From: Leptonemataceae bacterium
GTDB lineage: Bacteria; Spirochaetota; Leptospiria; Leptospirales; Leptonemataceae
DNA length: 64,000 nt
NCBI GenBank assembly: GCA_965227295.1
Contig: OZ245742.1
Span: forward strand, 1,472,001 to 1,536,000
Direction of reading: 5' to 3'
Below are positions 51,885-62,640 of the stretch, piece by piece. Below the pieces are notes generated by a model. It was given only the letters and a program-made list of their open reading frames with translations, was not told the origin of the DNA and made no database searches. Position numbers and translations under genes: made by a program. Numbering within the stretch: position 1 is the first letter of the stretch; every line of letters starts with the position of its first letter.

Positions 51885-53359
51885 GCGTTCCGGAGAATCA
51901 CACATACTTCCTGGCCATGAACCAGGGTTTCATGATCCGCTATTTCTTGCAGACGGATATCTTTCCGACTTTGCAGCAGTCCGGGCACACCATCGTCATC
52001 CTTACGCCGGAGCCCGAAGCGGAAGAGTTTCGCAGCTACGGTGCGTTCGAGAACGTCGTCCTCGAAAAGTACGAAGAAGAACGCTATCGCAATTATCTGC
52101 GCGGCTCCTGGACGGAGCAGTGGTTGAAACAACTACGGCTGTTCGTGCAAAACGCGAACGGAGGCGACATTACAACGACGACGGACGTCTATCGCGCATA
52201 CTTAAAGGACAACGAAGAGTTCCACCGGACGTTCAAAGGACGCATCGCCTACATTGTGTTTCACGTCGCGGTCACGCTGTTTCGGCGGAGTCGCTTGCTG
52301 CGCCGCTTGCTCTTGTGGAGCGAGCATCGATTCTTTACGCCGCGAATTCACGAGGCGCTTTTCCAGAAGTACAGGCCGCAGGCTTTAATTACTGCGAGCC
52401 TGGGCACCTTCGACTACGATCAATTTCTGATGCGAGAGGCCCGGCGTCACGGAACAAAAACCGTCTCGGTAGTCCTGAGCTGGGATAATACCACCACTCG
52501 CGGCATGCCGGGGGCCGTGCCGGATCACGTCGTCGCCTGGACCGAGGCCATGCGCCGGGAACTCGTGGATCTCAACGACATTCCCGATCGCAAGATCAGC
52601 GTCGGTGGGGTGGCGCACTTCGATCATTACTATCGCGCAGAGACCTTTTTGGATCGCACGACGTTCTGCAAACAACTGGGGCTGGATCCTGCTAAGAAGA
52701 TTTTATTTTATGTTACGAAGTCCCCGAACGGTTACGCCTATAACGCCGATATCGCTGAAATGATGCTCCGGGCCTTGCGCGAGGGGCGCATTGAACATGC
52801 GGACGGCGTACAGCTTTTGGTGCGTCTGCATCCGATCTATCTTCGCCGCGGGCCGGACGGGAAACTGAACTTCCAGTACTTTTTGAATCAGTTCGACCGG
52901 CTTGCGGAGCAATATCCGGAACTGATTATCAACCGCCCACGGATGGGTTCCGGGAGTGTGAACTTCTTAATGCCGCGGGAAGAGATCAACCTGCTCGCAT
53001 CGATTCTCAAACACAGCTCCGTCGTGATCAACTGCTTCTCTACGCTGAACATCGAAGCGAGCATCTTCGACGTGCCCATGGTAAACGTCACCTTCGAAGG
53101 TACTTCGTACGACGGCCCGGCGAAGGGGCGCTACAACATCGACATCGACCTCCGGCAGACCCATAACCAGCGCGTGGTGAAAACGGGCGGTCTGGCAATG
53201 GTCTACAACGAGGACGAGTTAATTGCCGCGGTGAACGAGGGACTCCAGGAGCCCGCCCGCCGCAGCGCCGAACGCGATCAAATCCGCCGCAACGAATGCG
53301 GGCCCTTTCCGGGCCGTGCCGGCCGCAATATCGCGGAGACGATTCTTAGTATTACATGA
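51881..53359 (+). CDS. Putative GT-B fold transferase; paralog of 15928-17433
   Basis: SWDN.TTRG, GGVAHFD.Y, RLHP, STL.IEA..FDVP. Confidence 0.55.
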   Translation: MSVPENHTYFLAMNQGFMIRYFLQTDIFPTLQQSGHTIVILTPEPEAEEFRSYGAFENVVLEKYEEERYRNYLRGSWTEQWLKQLRLFVQNANGGDITTTTDVYRAYLKDNEEFHRTFKGRIAYIVFHVAVTLFRRSRLLRRLLLWSEHRFFTPRIHEALFQKYRPQALITASLGTFDYDQFLMREARRHGTKTVSVVLSWDNTTTRGMPGAVPDHVVAWTEAMRRELVDLNDIPDRKISVGGVAHFDHYYRAETFLDRTTFCKQLGLDPAKKILFYVTKSPNGYAYNADIAEMMLRALREGRIEHADGVQLLVRLHPIYLRRGPDGKLNFQYFLNQFDRLAEQYPELIINRPRMGSGSVNFLMPREEINLLASILKHSSVVINCFSTLNIEASIFDVPMVNVTFEGTSYDGPAKGRYNIDIDLRQTHNQRVVKTGGLAMVYNEDELIAAVNEGLQEPARRSAERDQIRRNECGPFPGRAGRNIAETILSIT

Positions 53360-54504
53360 AGTTATTCTACGTCACCGAGGGACAGGTGCCCTCGCACAGC
53401 GCGCACAGCGTGCACGTCATGAAGATGTGTCAGGCCTTCGTGCAGTGCGGTTGCGAGGTAACGTTGATCGCGCCGAATGACGATCCGCAGGGAACCCTTC
53501 CGAACGTCGAGGAGGTCCAGAATGAGTACGGCATTCGCGATCCTTTCGACATCCGCTGGCTGAGCCGCAGTCCGCGCTTTTCGGGCACCGCGCGTTTTGC
53601 CCGGGCCGCCGTGCGCACGGCCCGCGCCCAGGGAGCCGATGTGATCTTTTCCCGGGCGCTCTTTGCGGCGTTTTGGGGCGGCTTCGGCGCAACGCAGCGC
53701 GCCCCGGTGATTCTGGAATGGCACCTGCCGCCGCGCTCGCTTCAGGAAAAGATCGTCTTCGCCGTTGCGAAACAAAGCGAGCGTGGGGTGCCCTTCGCCG
53801 TGGTCATTACCGAGGCCCTCGCGGAGTTGTATCGTGCGGCCGGTTGGCCGGCGGAACGTTTGATGGTCCTGGCCGATGCGGTGGACCTGGAACGTTTTCC
53901 GGAACCGCGGGACGTGACTTCGGAAAACGGGCGAACCGTCGTCGGCTACACCGGACATCTCTACGACGGCCGTGGCGTGGACGTGTTGCTGGAAACCGCA
54001 CGGCGCCTGCCCGAGGCGCACTTCGTCTTCGTCGGCGGTCGCGACCAGGATGTAGATCACTGGCGACAAGAATCTAACAAAATGAACTTAGGGAACGTCG
54101 AGTTTACCGGGCATCGGCCGAACCGGGAGTTGCCGGAACTGCTCAGCAAAATGGACGTCCTGGTCATGCCGTACCAGAACGTGGTGCGCGTACATAACAA
54201 TAAGGCCGACACGGCCCGGTGGATGTCGCCGATGAAGATGTTCGAGTACATGGCGGCGGGCAAGCCGATCCTCTCCTCCGACCTGCCGGTGCTTCGCGAA
54301 GTACTGGAAGACCGGCGCAACGCCATGCTCGTTCCGTGCGACGAACCCGGGGCCTGGGCCTCGGCCATTCGGGAACTCCGGGAGCGGCCGGACTTCGCGC
54401 GCCGACTCGGCCGGGCGGCCCGCGCCGACGTGGCGGAGAGATATACCTGGAAGAAACGGGCGGAAGCCGTGCTTGCGCGCCTGAAAGACGAGGGCCGATT
54501 GTGA
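53356..54504 (+). CDS. GT4 glycosyltransferase
   Basis: A.SVHVMKMCQA, GYTGHLY.GRG, SPMKMFEYMA.G.PI.SSDLP...EVL. Confidence 0.87.
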   Translation: MKLFYVTEGQVPSHSAHSVHVMKMCQAFVQCGCEVTLIAPNDDPQGTLPNVEEVQNEYGIRDPFDIRWLSRSPRFSGTARFARAAVRTARAQGADVIFSRALFAAFWGGFGATQRAPVILEWHLPPRSLQEKIVFAVAKQSERGVPFAVVITEALAELYRAAGWPAERLMVLADAVDLERFPEPRDVTSENGRTVVGYTGHLYDGRGVDVLLETARRLPEAHFVFVGGRDQDVDHWRQESNKMNLGNVEFTGHRPNRELPELLSKMDVLVMPYQNVVRVHNNKADTARWMSPMKMFEYMAAGKPILSSDLPVLREVLEDRRNAMLVPCDEPGAWASAIRELRERPDFARRLGRAARADVAERYTWKKRAEAVLARLKDEGRL

Positions 54505-55220
54505 GCAAGGCGAACGTTCTTGCGGTGATACCGGCGCGGGGCGGTTCCAAAGGATTGCCCCGCAAGAATTTGCATCCCCTGGCCGGTAAACCGTTGATTG
54601 CGCACAGCATTGCCACGGCCCAGGCCTGTCCGTCCATCGATCGAACCATCGTCACCACCGACGACGAAGAGATCGCGAGCGTGGCGCGAGAGTACGGGGC
54701 AGAGACGCCGTTTCTGCGGCCGCCGGAGCTCGCCCGGGACGACACGCTCGATTTTCCGGTGTTCGTCCACGTTCTCGAATGGCTTGCTGAAAACGAGGAT
54801 GAACATCCGGAGATCATTGTGCAGTTGCGGCCGACGTCGCCCCTGCGTCGCCCGGAAGTCGTAGAATCATCTGTGCAGAAGTTAAAGGAAGATCCGAAGG
54901 CCGACAGCGTGCGCGTGGTCTGTTCGCCCGCGCAAAATCCGTTTAAGATGTGGAAGTTCGTCGAGGGCAGCCCGTACATGCAGCCGCTCATCGACACGGA
55001 CATTCCCGAGCAGTACAACCAGCCGCGGCAGAAGCTGCCGCAGGTATACTGGCAGATCGGCTACGTGGACGCCATCCGCCGCGCGACGATCCTCGAACAA
55101 CGCTCCATGTCCGGCAAAAACATCCTGCCGCTGGTGCTGGAACACGCCAACGTCGTGGACATCGACGACGCCGTGTCGCTGGAAATCGCGGAGATACTCA
55201 TTAAACGCGGCGCTTTTTAA
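54501..55220 (+). CDS. neuA: Acylneuraminate cytidylyltransferase (NeuA family) #3
   Basis: IPARGGSKGLPRKN, PFLRP.ELA.D, LRPTSP.R, PRQ.LP, DID. Confidence 0.87.
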   Translation: MSKANVLAVIPARGGSKGLPRKNLHPLAGKPLIAHSIATAQACPSIDRTIVTTDDEEIASVAREYGAETPFLRPPELARDDTLDFPVFVHVLEWLAENEDEHPEIIVQLRPTSPLRRPEVVESSVQKLKEDPKADSVRVVCSPAQNPFKMWKFVEGSPYMQPLIDTDIPEQYNQPRQKLPQVYWQIGYVDAIRRATILEQRSMSGKNILPLVLEHANVVDIDDAVSLEIAEILIKRGAF

Positions 55221-55240
55221 GAGCAGTGGTTCGTGGCGTT

Positions 55241-55293
55241 GGCCGTGAGAATCATAGTGTAAGTTGAGAGATAGTACGGGGAATTTTTTGGGT
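55241..55293 (-). repeat. Remnant of the distal flank of the repeat family
   Basis: tggccg..gaatcat..tgtaa...cggg.gaattttttggg resembles 42437-42484. Confidence 0.45.
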
Positions 55294-55524
55294 ACAACTT
55301 GCGGGAGATGCGGATAGTCGTTTTGCAAAGAGTGGTTACTTCGGCCCGGAACGCTGGTTAGAGGCTCCAGTGATTACGGCGAAGACGCCATTCCTGTCCG
55401 CGCCCCACATATCCCCCGCCCAACAACCGTGGTCGCCTGGAACCAGCCGTACCCATAAAAAGCTTAATCCACATTGGCCGCAACTTACCTCACAGTTCGG
55501 GGCGGCTACGAATATTGATAAGTT

Positions 55525-56358
55525 ATGAATTACAAAGATACAGTCTTCGATCTCAGCGGCCGCGTCGCGTGTGTCAGCGGCGGTGCGGGATTACTGGGGC
55601 GGGAGTTCTGCCGCGCCCTGCTCGACGGCGGTGCCCGGGTGGCCTTGCTGGACCTCGATCGCGCACGCGCCGAAGAGGCGGCCCGCTCTATCGGCGGCGG
55701 AGATGCGCTGAGAGTCGTGGCGGCGGACATCACCGATTCAGAGAGCGTCGGCGCGGCCGTGGCTTCGATTGCCGAAGCCTGGGACGACGTCGACGTGCTC
55801 GTAAACAGCGCCGCCATCGATCCCAAGTTCGATCCGGAAACGCAGAAGCAACGCGCGCGGGGCGGATTCCCGGATTTTCCACTGAGCAACTGGGAGCTGT
55901 CGTTGCGCGTGAATCTTACGGGCACGTATCTGTTGACCCAGGCCGTGTGCCGCGGCCTCGAAAAAAAAGGCAAAGGCTCCATCATCAACATCGCTTCGAT
56001 GTACGGCATCTGCGGGCCGAATCAGGCCCTCTATGAACGTGATGATCGCGGCCCGGACGACCCGCCGGTCTACAAGCCCGCGGACTATACCGTAACAAAA
56101 GCCGGCATGGTCGGTTTTACGAAGTACCTGGCCGCGTACTACGCCGGCACGAATATTCGCGTAAACACGCTGACGCCGGGCGGAGTATTTAATAATCACG
56201 ATGAACAATTTTTGAAGCGTTATCGGGAGCGCGTCATCATGGGACGCATGGCGAACCGTGAGGAGTTCCACGGGGCGATCTTGTTCCTGGCGAGCGATGC
56301 GTCGTCGTACATGACCGGCGCCAACCTGGTCGTCGACGGCGGCTGGAGCGCGTGGTGA
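55525..56358 (+). CDS. Short-chain dehydrogenase/reductase (PtmA-like)
   Basis: SGGAGLLG, VNSAAIDPK, NIASMYG, Y.VTK.G...TKYLA.Y, PGGV, YMTG.NL.VDGGW. Confidence 0.85.
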   Translation: MNYKDTVFDLSGRVACVSGGAGLLGREFCRALLDGGARVALLDLDRARAEEAARSIGGGDALRVVAADITDSESVGAAVASIAEAWDDVDVLVNSAAIDPKFDPETQKQRARGGFPDFPLSNWELSLRVNLTGTYLLTQAVCRGLEKKGKGSIINIASMYGICGPNQALYERDDRGPDDPPVYKPADYTVTKAGMVGFTKYLAAYYAGTNIRVNTLTPGGVFNNHDEQFLKRYRERVIMGRMANREEFHGAILFLASDASSYMTGANLVVDGGWSAW

Positions 56359-56400
56359 TAGCTTTGAAACCTTTTGCCACAGAGGCAATGCATGATGCCC

Positions 56401-56531
56401 AGGCTCTTCGCGCCAGGGATTGTAAGGGTTGCGGCGTAGCCGCAAGTCCGGAGCAAAGCGTAGGACCGAAGCGCGTAGCGCGAAGCCCTGGAAAGCCCGG
56501 TCCCTCGCGCAGCGAGGGGGGCGCCCAAAAA
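56401..56531 (+). repeat. Full copy of the multi-hairpin repeat
   Basis: aggctcttcgcgccagggat ... ggcgcccaaaaa, with three GNA-loop hairpins. Confidence 0.85.
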
Positions 56532-56826
56532 GGCATTCCGATATTACTTGTTTTTCAGTAGAAAAATGAGACGTTAGATCAGGATCAAGGAATACTTAAA
56601 TGGGCGTTCCCCTCCGCGCCTATCGGCGCGTTTGTGCTCCCGTGGAGGTTTTTCAACAGCCTCGGCCCCGACAGTTCATCTTCCCCCCGGAGCAGCCCGG
56701 TCTCGCAAAACGCCGACGCACCCAAATGAATATTATTGCCTCTACTTCCCTTCGATTCGAGGCATGCCGGATAGAAAAGAGATGACGCGTCATGGTGATC
56801 GCGTGGTAAGGATGTGACTTCGCATT

Positions 56827-58113
56827 ATGAGTAGTTCTGAAAAATTCGCAGTGTTGGGTCTGGGCTACGTGGGCCTCCCCGTGGCGCTGGCCCTGGCCGA
56901 GCAGTTCGGCGACGTCGTCGGCTTCGACATCAGCAATGAGCGCATCCAGGAACTGAAGTCGGGACACGACCGTACCGGCGAGACGGAACCGGGAGAACTC
57001 GAGCGCAGTTCGCTGAAGTTCAGCGCAGACGCTGGCGATCTGAAGGACCGCACGTTCTACATCGTCACCGTACCGACGCCCATCGACGAGAACCGCCAGC
57101 CCCGCCTCGAACCGTTACGCAAAGCGTGCGAGCTCATCGGGCCGTTGCTGCAAAAGGGCGACCTGGTCGTCTTCGAATCTACGGTCTATCCCGGGCTCAC
57201 CGAGGAGATTTGCGGGCCGTGGCTGGAGCGGCACGCGAATCTTAAGGCCGGCACGGACTTTAAACTGGGCTACGCTCCGGAGCGCATGAATCCGGGGGAC
57301 AAAGAACATACGTTGCAGAAGATCATTCGTGTGGTGGCCGGCCAGGATGCGGAAACCCTGGAGCGGGTCGCGCGGGTGTACGACGCGATCGTTCCCGCGG
57401 GAGTTCACAGGGCGACTTCCATCCGCGTGGCCGAGGCGGCGAAGGTCATCGAGAACACCCAGCGCGACTTGAACATCGCGCTCATGAACGAACTCGCCGT
57501 AATATTCGATCGCCTTGGGTTAAGGACGAAGGACGTTCTCGACGCCGCGCGTACCAAGTGGAACTTCCTGCCGTTCTCGCCGGGCCTCGTCGGCGGTCAC
57601 TGCATCGGCGTGGACCCGTACTATTTAACCAGCAAAGCCGAGGCCGTCGGCTATCATCCTCAGGTCATCCTGGCCGGACGGCGCATTAATGATCACATGG
57701 GCGCGTTCGTGGCTCAGAAGCTTGTGAAGCTCATGATCGGTCGCAATCTTCCGGTGAAGGACGCGCGCGTGGGCGTGCTCGGACTGACGTTCAAGGAAAA
57801 CGTTCCCGACCTGCGCAACTCCCGCGTACCGGATATTCTGAACGAACTCAGGCAGTTCGGCATTGAACCCGCGGTGCACGATCCGCTGGCATCCATGGAA
57901 GAGGCGCGCCATGAGTACGATGTCGAACTTTCGGATTTCCGCAACTGGAGCGAGCTGGATGGTCTCATCCTCGCGGTACCGCACCGGGCCTACCTCGACA
58001 ACCTGGACGAACTTACGGGCGTCGTGAAAAAGGGCGGCGTGCTGATCGACGTGAAGTCCGTGCTGGAACCGGGTACCGGCCGCGAGCGCGAACTCGTGTA
58101 CTGGAGCCTCTGA
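56827..58113 (+). CDS. UDP-N-acetylhexosamine/nucleotide-sugar dehydrogenase (WbpO/TviB-like)
   Basis: GLGYVGLP, VPTP, ESTVYPG, PER.NPGD, AEAAKVIENTQRD.NIA, PGLVGGHCIGVDPYYL, FKEN.PDLRNS. Confidence 0.9.
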   Translation: MSSSEKFAVLGLGYVGLPVALALAEQFGDVVGFDISNERIQELKSGHDRTGETEPGELERSSLKFSADAGDLKDRTFYIVTVPTPIDENRQPRLEPLRKACELIGPLLQKGDLVVFESTVYPGLTEEICGPWLERHANLKAGTDFKLGYAPERMNPGDKEHTLQKIIRVVAGQDAETLERVARVYDAIVPAGVHRATSIRVAEAAKVIENTQRDLNIALMNELAVIFDRLGLRTKDVLDAARTKWNFLPFSPGLVGGHCIGVDPYYLTSKAEAVGYHPQVILAGRRINDHMGAFVAQKLVKLMIGRNLPVKDARVGVLGLTFKENVPDLRNSRVPDILNELRQFGIEPAVHDPLASMEEARHEYDVELSDFRNWSELDGLILAVPHRAYLDNLDELTGVVKKGGVLIDVKSVLEPGTGRERELVYWSL

Positions 58114-58149
58114 GGCCGGGGCCGGGCAGCGGTCCGCGTTTTATCTGCT

Positions 58150-59169
58150 ATGAAAAAAGTCTTACTCACCGGCACGGCTGGATTCATCGGCTTTCATTTT
58201 TGCCGGCGTCTGCTGGATGAGGGCTACGCCGTCGTCGGCTTCGACAGTGTCAACGACTACTACGATGTTAACTTAAAGCGGGCGCGCCTTAAGAAAATTG
58301 CCGAACACGAGCATGCCTCCCGTTTTTTGCAGATCGAAGCGGATCTGGGAGATCGTGGGGCCGTAGAACGGGCCTTTGCCGATCACAAACCGGACCTCGT
58401 CGTAAACCTGGCGGCCCAGGCCGGTGTGCGCTACTCGCTCACAAATCCGCACGCATACACGCATTCGAACATCACGGGTTTTCTGAATATTCTCGAAGGC
58501 TGTCGCCACGGCAACGTGGAGCACCTGGTCTTCGCGTCCTCGTCTTCGGTCTACGGCGCGAATAAAAGCATGCCGTTTTCGATCCACGATAACATCGATC
58601 ATCCGCTGAGTTTGTACGCCGCGAGTAAGAAAGCCAACGAACTCATGGCCCACAGCTACTCGCATCTCTACAATCTGCCCGTGACCGGTTTGCGTTTTTT
58701 TACCGTCTACGGCCCCTGGGGCCGGCCGGACATGGCGATGTTTCTGTTTATGAAGGCCATCCTCGAAGATCGACCCATCGACGTCTTCAATCATGGCAAC
58801 ATGATGCGCGACTTTACATACATTGACGACATCGTCGAGGGCATCTTTAGGGTGATGCGCAACACGGCCGCACCGAATCCCGACTGGTCCGGAGAGAATC
58901 CGGATCCCGGGACGGGCAAGGGGCCGTATCGTATTTATAACATCGGCAACAACAAACCCGTGAAGCTGATGTACATGATCGAGGTGCTGGAAAAGTGCCT
59001 GGGCAAAACCGCCGAGAAGAACATGCTGCCCATGCAACCCGGCGACGTGCCCGAGACCTACGCCGACATTGACGACCTGGTGCGGGACGTGGGCTTTCAA
59101 CCATCCACGCCGATCGAAACGGGCATTGAACGATTTGTGGCCTGGTATCGTGAGTTTTACGGGATGTAA
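58150..59169 (+). CDS. UDP-glucuronate 4-epimerase-like (CapI/WbnF) NAD epimerase
   Basis: TG.AGFIGFH, NLAAQAGVRYS, ASSSSVYG, YAASKK.NE, RFFTVYGPWGRPDMA, MQPGDV. Confidence 0.9.
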   Translation: MKKVLLTGTAGFIGFHFCRRLLDEGYAVVGFDSVNDYYDVNLKRARLKKIAEHEHASRFLQIEADLGDRGAVERAFADHKPDLVVNLAAQAGVRYSLTNPHAYTHSNITGFLNILEGCRHGNVEHLVFASSSSVYGANKSMPFSIHDNIDHPLSLYAASKKANELMAHSYSHLYNLPVTGLRFFTVYGPWGRPDMAMFLFMKAILEDRPIDVFNHGNMMRDFTYIDDIVEGIFRVMRNTAAPNPDWSGENPDPGTGKGPYRIYNIGNNKPVKLMYMIEVLEKCLGKTAEKNMLPMQPGDVPETYADIDDLVRDVGFQPSTPIETGIERFVAWYREFYGM

Positions 59170-59208
59170 TTCTTGCGTTAGCGATTACTTCTATAGCTAT
59201 AATACCTT

Positions 59209-61467
59209 ATGGCGATGATCATCGAAAAAAACGTAAAGAAGCTGATCGTCTTCGTCGAAGAAAGCGTGCACGTCGCGCTGCAACGCATCGACGACAACCA
59301 GCATCGCTTCGTCTTCGCGGTGGCGGAGTCCGGTGTGCTCGAAGGCGTGCTGTCCGACGGCGACTTTCGGCGCTGGGCCACGCGGCAAAGCAACATCGAT
59401 CTTTCGCAGCGTGTGGGGGACGTCATCAATCGCGACTTCAAGTACGCGAATATCGACGACGATCCGGATCGCATTAAGGAACTCTTCTCGGAAAGAGTCC
59501 AGTTTGTCCCGCTCATTGACCACAACCGTCGCCTGGTGGCCGTGGCCCGGGAACGCAGTCCTTACGACGGCGTTCGTATCGGCGATCGAATCATCGACGA
59601 CGGCTCGCCCGTGTTCATGATCGCCGAGATCGGCAACAATCATAACGGGGACCTGGAACTGGCGAAACGCCTCATCGACGCCGCGGCGGACGCCGGCGCG
59701 GATTGTGCGAAGTTTCAGATGCGCGACATGGACGCCCTGTACCGCAAATCCGAGATGATGCAAGAGGATCTGGGCGCGCAGTACACCCTGGATCTGCTGA
59801 GCCGCTTCCAGCTTTCGAAAGACGAGTTGATCCAGGCCTTCGATTATACGAAGTCGCGCGGTCTCATTCCCATGTGCACTCCCTGGGACCTGGCGTCCCT
59901 GGCCGTGCTGGAAGACTATGGCATGATCGCGTATAAACTCGCCTCGGCCGATCTTACCAACCACGAACTGCTTACGGCCATGGCGAAGACCGGCAAGCCG
60001 CTCATCTGCTCGACGGGCATGTCCACCGAGAACGAGATCGTGCAGTCCGTGGGGCTGTTGCAACGTTACGGTTCTTCGTATGCGCTCCTGCACTGTAACT
60101 CCACGTATCCGACGCCGTTCAAGGACGTGAACTTAAAGTACATGGATCATCTGCGCGAGATCGGCAATTGTCCCATTGGTTATTCCGGGCACGAGCGCGG
60201 TTATGCGGTGCCCGTGGCGAGCGTGGCCCGGGGCGCTCGCATCATCGAAAAACATCTTACGGTGGACCGTAACTTAGAAGGAAACGATCATAAGGTTAGC
60301 TTGCTCCCGGACGAATTTAAGCTGATGGTGGACGCCGTTCGCAACGTCGAGCAGGCCCTCGGCACCGGCGGCAGCCGTACCATTTCCCAGGGCGAGCTGA
60401 TGAACCGCGAGACCCTGGCGAAGTCCCTCGTGATCAACACCGACCTGGCCGCGGGCCAAATCATCACCGACGACATGATCGAAGTCAAAAGTCCCGGCAA
60501 CGGCCTGCAACCGAACCGCCGCCGCGAACTGGTGGGCCGTCCGGCGCGGCGGGACTTTGCGGCCGGGGACTTCTTTTTCCCCAGCGATCTCGGTGACGGG
60601 GAAGAACACGTGGTCCGTGCGCGGCACTACGATTTTCGAAGGCCCTGGGGTTTGCCGGTACGCTACCACGATTTTAAAAAACTCGCGCAGCAGTCGAACC
60701 CGGACCTGCTGGAATTTCACATGTCCTACAAAGACCTGGAGATCGATGTCGATACGATCTTTTCCGGCGCGCAGGACATCGACTTTGTCGTACACAGTCC
60801 CGAGTTGTTTGCAGGCGATCACGTCCTCGACCTGGCCTCGAGCGATGATGCCTATCGTGCGCAGTCCGTGCGCGAACTACAGCGGGTGATCGACGTTACG
60901 CGTTCGCTGAAACGATATTTTCCGAAAACGCAGCGCCCCCTCATTGTACTGAACGCCGGCGGTTTTTCTCACGATGGCGCGCTACCGCCTTCGTCGCGGC
61001 CGAAGCTCTACGAACGCCTGCTGAAGAGCCTCGCAGAAATTGATGCCGACGGAGTGGAACTGATTCCGCAGACGATGCCGCCGTTTCCCTGGCACTTCGG
61101 CGGCCAGCAATTTCACAATCTCTTTCTCGATCCCGAGGATACAGAGGCCTTCTGCAAAGAGCACGGCTATCGTTTGTGTCTGGACATTTCGCATTCACGC
61201 CTGGCGTGCAACGAACGTCACGCCTCGTTCCAGGAATTTCTGGAACGGATCGCTCCGTTTGCCGCGCATATGCACGTCGTGGATGCGCAGGGTGTCGACG
61301 GCGAGGGTTTGCAGATCGGTGAGGGGGACATCGACTTCGCCGCGCTCGCGGATGTGCTCGATCGTTGCGCTCCGCAGGCCTCGTTTATTCCCGAGATCTG
61401 GCAGGGTCACAAGAACGACGGCGAAGGTTTCTGGATCGCGCTGGAAAGATTGGAAAAGAATTTCTAG
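59209..61467 (+). CDS. Multidomain CBS-NeuB-SAF-TIM barrel (AP-endonuclease-2-like) nonulosonate synthase
   Basis: N-terminal CBS-like G..SDGD.RR; IAEIGNNHNG, HCNSTYP, GYSGHERG, IEKH; C-terminal HSPELF, PQTMPPFPWHFGGQ, D.SH, PEIWQGH. Confidence 0.85.
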   Translation: MAMIIEKNVKKLIVFVEESVHVALQRIDDNQHRFVFAVAESGVLEGVLSDGDFRRWATRQSNIDLSQRVGDVINRDFKYANIDDDPDRIKELFSERVQFVPLIDHNRRLVAVARERSPYDGVRIGDRIIDDGSPVFMIAEIGNNHNGDLELAKRLIDAAADAGADCAKFQMRDMDALYRKSEMMQEDLGAQYTLDLLSRFQLSKDELIQAFDYTKSRGLIPMCTPWDLASLAVLEDYGMIAYKLASADLTNHELLTAMAKTGKPLICSTGMSTENEIVQSVGLLQRYGSSYALLHCNSTYPTPFKDVNLKYMDHLREIGNCPIGYSGHERGYAVPVASVARGARIIEKHLTVDRNLEGNDHKVSLLPDEFKLMVDAVRNVEQALGTGGSRTISQGELMNRETLAKSLVINTDLAAGQIITDDMIEVKSPGNGLQPNRRRELVGRPARRDFAAGDFFFPSDLGDGEEHVVRARHYDFRRPWGLPVRYHDFKKLAQQSNPDLLEFHMSYKDLEIDVDTIFSGAQDIDFVVHSPELFAGDHVLDLASSDDAYRAQSVRELQRVIDVTRSLKRYFPKTQRPLIVLNAGGFSHDGALPPSSRPKLYERLLKSLAEIDADGVELIPQTMPPFPWHFGGQQFHNLFLDPEDTEAFCKEHGYRLCLDISHSRLACNERHASFQEFLERIAPFAAHMHVVDAQGVDGEGLQIGEGDIDFAALADVLDRCAPQASFIPEIWQGHKNDGEGFWIALERLEKNF

Positions 61468-61506
61468 TTTCTTGAGTGCTGCTGACTGACATTTAGTGGA
61501 AATCTC

Positions 61507-62640
61507 TTGTCAAAAGAAGTCCGTAACATCGTATACATCATTGATTCCCTGGGCCGCGGCGGAAGCCAGGCGATCTTAAAAGATCTTACCGCCGGCCTCG
61601 GCGAAACCGGGCGTTACGAACAACTCGTTCTGGGACTCAACGACGAGTACAGCGACGAGATCGTAGAGGCTATGCGCCGGCACGCGCGGGTGCGGGTCGT
61701 CGGCAAACTTGCGTTGCTATTGGGTTACGGATTGTGGTCGGTATTTAGGGCCTGTCGTCAGGCGGATATCGTCGTGACTTATCTGCCGCGTTCGGATATC
61801 GTCGGCCGGTTGCTTGCCTGGCTGGCCCGGACGCCTGTAATCGTAACGACGATCCACGCGCGGAACATCAACAAACATTGGTGGGAGTTTTTCCTGGATC
61901 GCTTAACGATGCCCATTGCCCGGCGCGTCATTTTCAACAGCAGCTCCGTGATCCCGTTCGCCGTCGAGCACGAGGGCGTACGCGAGGAGCGGGCCGTGTA
62001 CATTCCCAACGGCATTCGCATCAACGGCGCGGTACATGAAAGTTTTCAGAGAGAGTTCTTAAGGATATATCCCGGAAAGTTAAGGATCGGCAGCGCCGGG
62101 CGTCTGGTTCCGCAAAAGGCTTTCCCGGTTTTGCTGAGAGCATTTGCGCGGATCGCCATGGATCGTCCGGATCTGCGGCTGTATCTGGCTGGCCGGGGCC
62201 CCCTGGAACAAGAACTGCGGGCCCTCGCCGACGAACTGGGCATTGCGGATCGAATGTACTTTGTCGGGTCGATACCCATGGATGATATTGTTTCCTTTCT
62301 GGATCTCCTCGACGTCTACGTGCAGTCATCGGATTTCGAAGGCATGTCCGTGGCGCTCATGCAGGCCATGGACAGCGGTTCCGCGGCGGTGGCCACCCGG
62401 GTGGACGGAACGCTGGAGGTCATTCGGGAGGACGGTGATTGCGGTCGTCTGGTAGATCCGGGAGACGTAGCCGGTCTTGCGGATGCTATGGAGGAACTGT
62501 GTGATGACCCGAAGCGCCGACGTCGTATCGCCGAGGCCGGTCGCGCACGCATACGCGACGAGTTTTCGCTGGAGTTGATGATTCGCCGTCACGACGAACT
62601 CTTTCGCGAATTGTGGATGCGGCACGGGAGAGCTGCGTGA
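61507..62640 (+). CDS. GT4 glycosyltransferase
   Basis: GGSQ, IPNG, GRL.PQK, S.FEGMSVALMQAM (second Glu replaced by Gln). Confidence 0.85.
   Translation: MSKEVRNIVYIIDSLGRGGSQAILKDLTAGLGETGRYEQLVLGLNDEYSDEIVEAMRRHARVRVVGKLALLLGYGLWSVFRACRQADIVVTYLPRSDIVGRLLAWLARTPVIVTTIHARNINKHWWEFFLDRLTMPIARRVIFNSSSVIPFAVEHEGVREERAVYIPNGIRINGAVHESFQREFLRIYPGKLRIGSAGRLVPQKAFPVLLRAFARIAMDRPDLRLYLAGRGPLEQELRALADELGIADRMYFVGSIPMDDIVSFLDLLDVYVQSSDFEGMSVALMQAMDSGSAAVATRVDGTLEVIREDGDCGRLVDPGDVAGLADAMEELCDDPKRRRRIAEAGRARIRDEFSLELMIRRHDELFRELWMRHGRAA

Noticed and set aside
56644-56663. gaggtttttcaacagcctc resembling an IS terminal inverted repeat
   Set aside because: Single short occurrence with no partner end or transposase; cannot be supported without a search.
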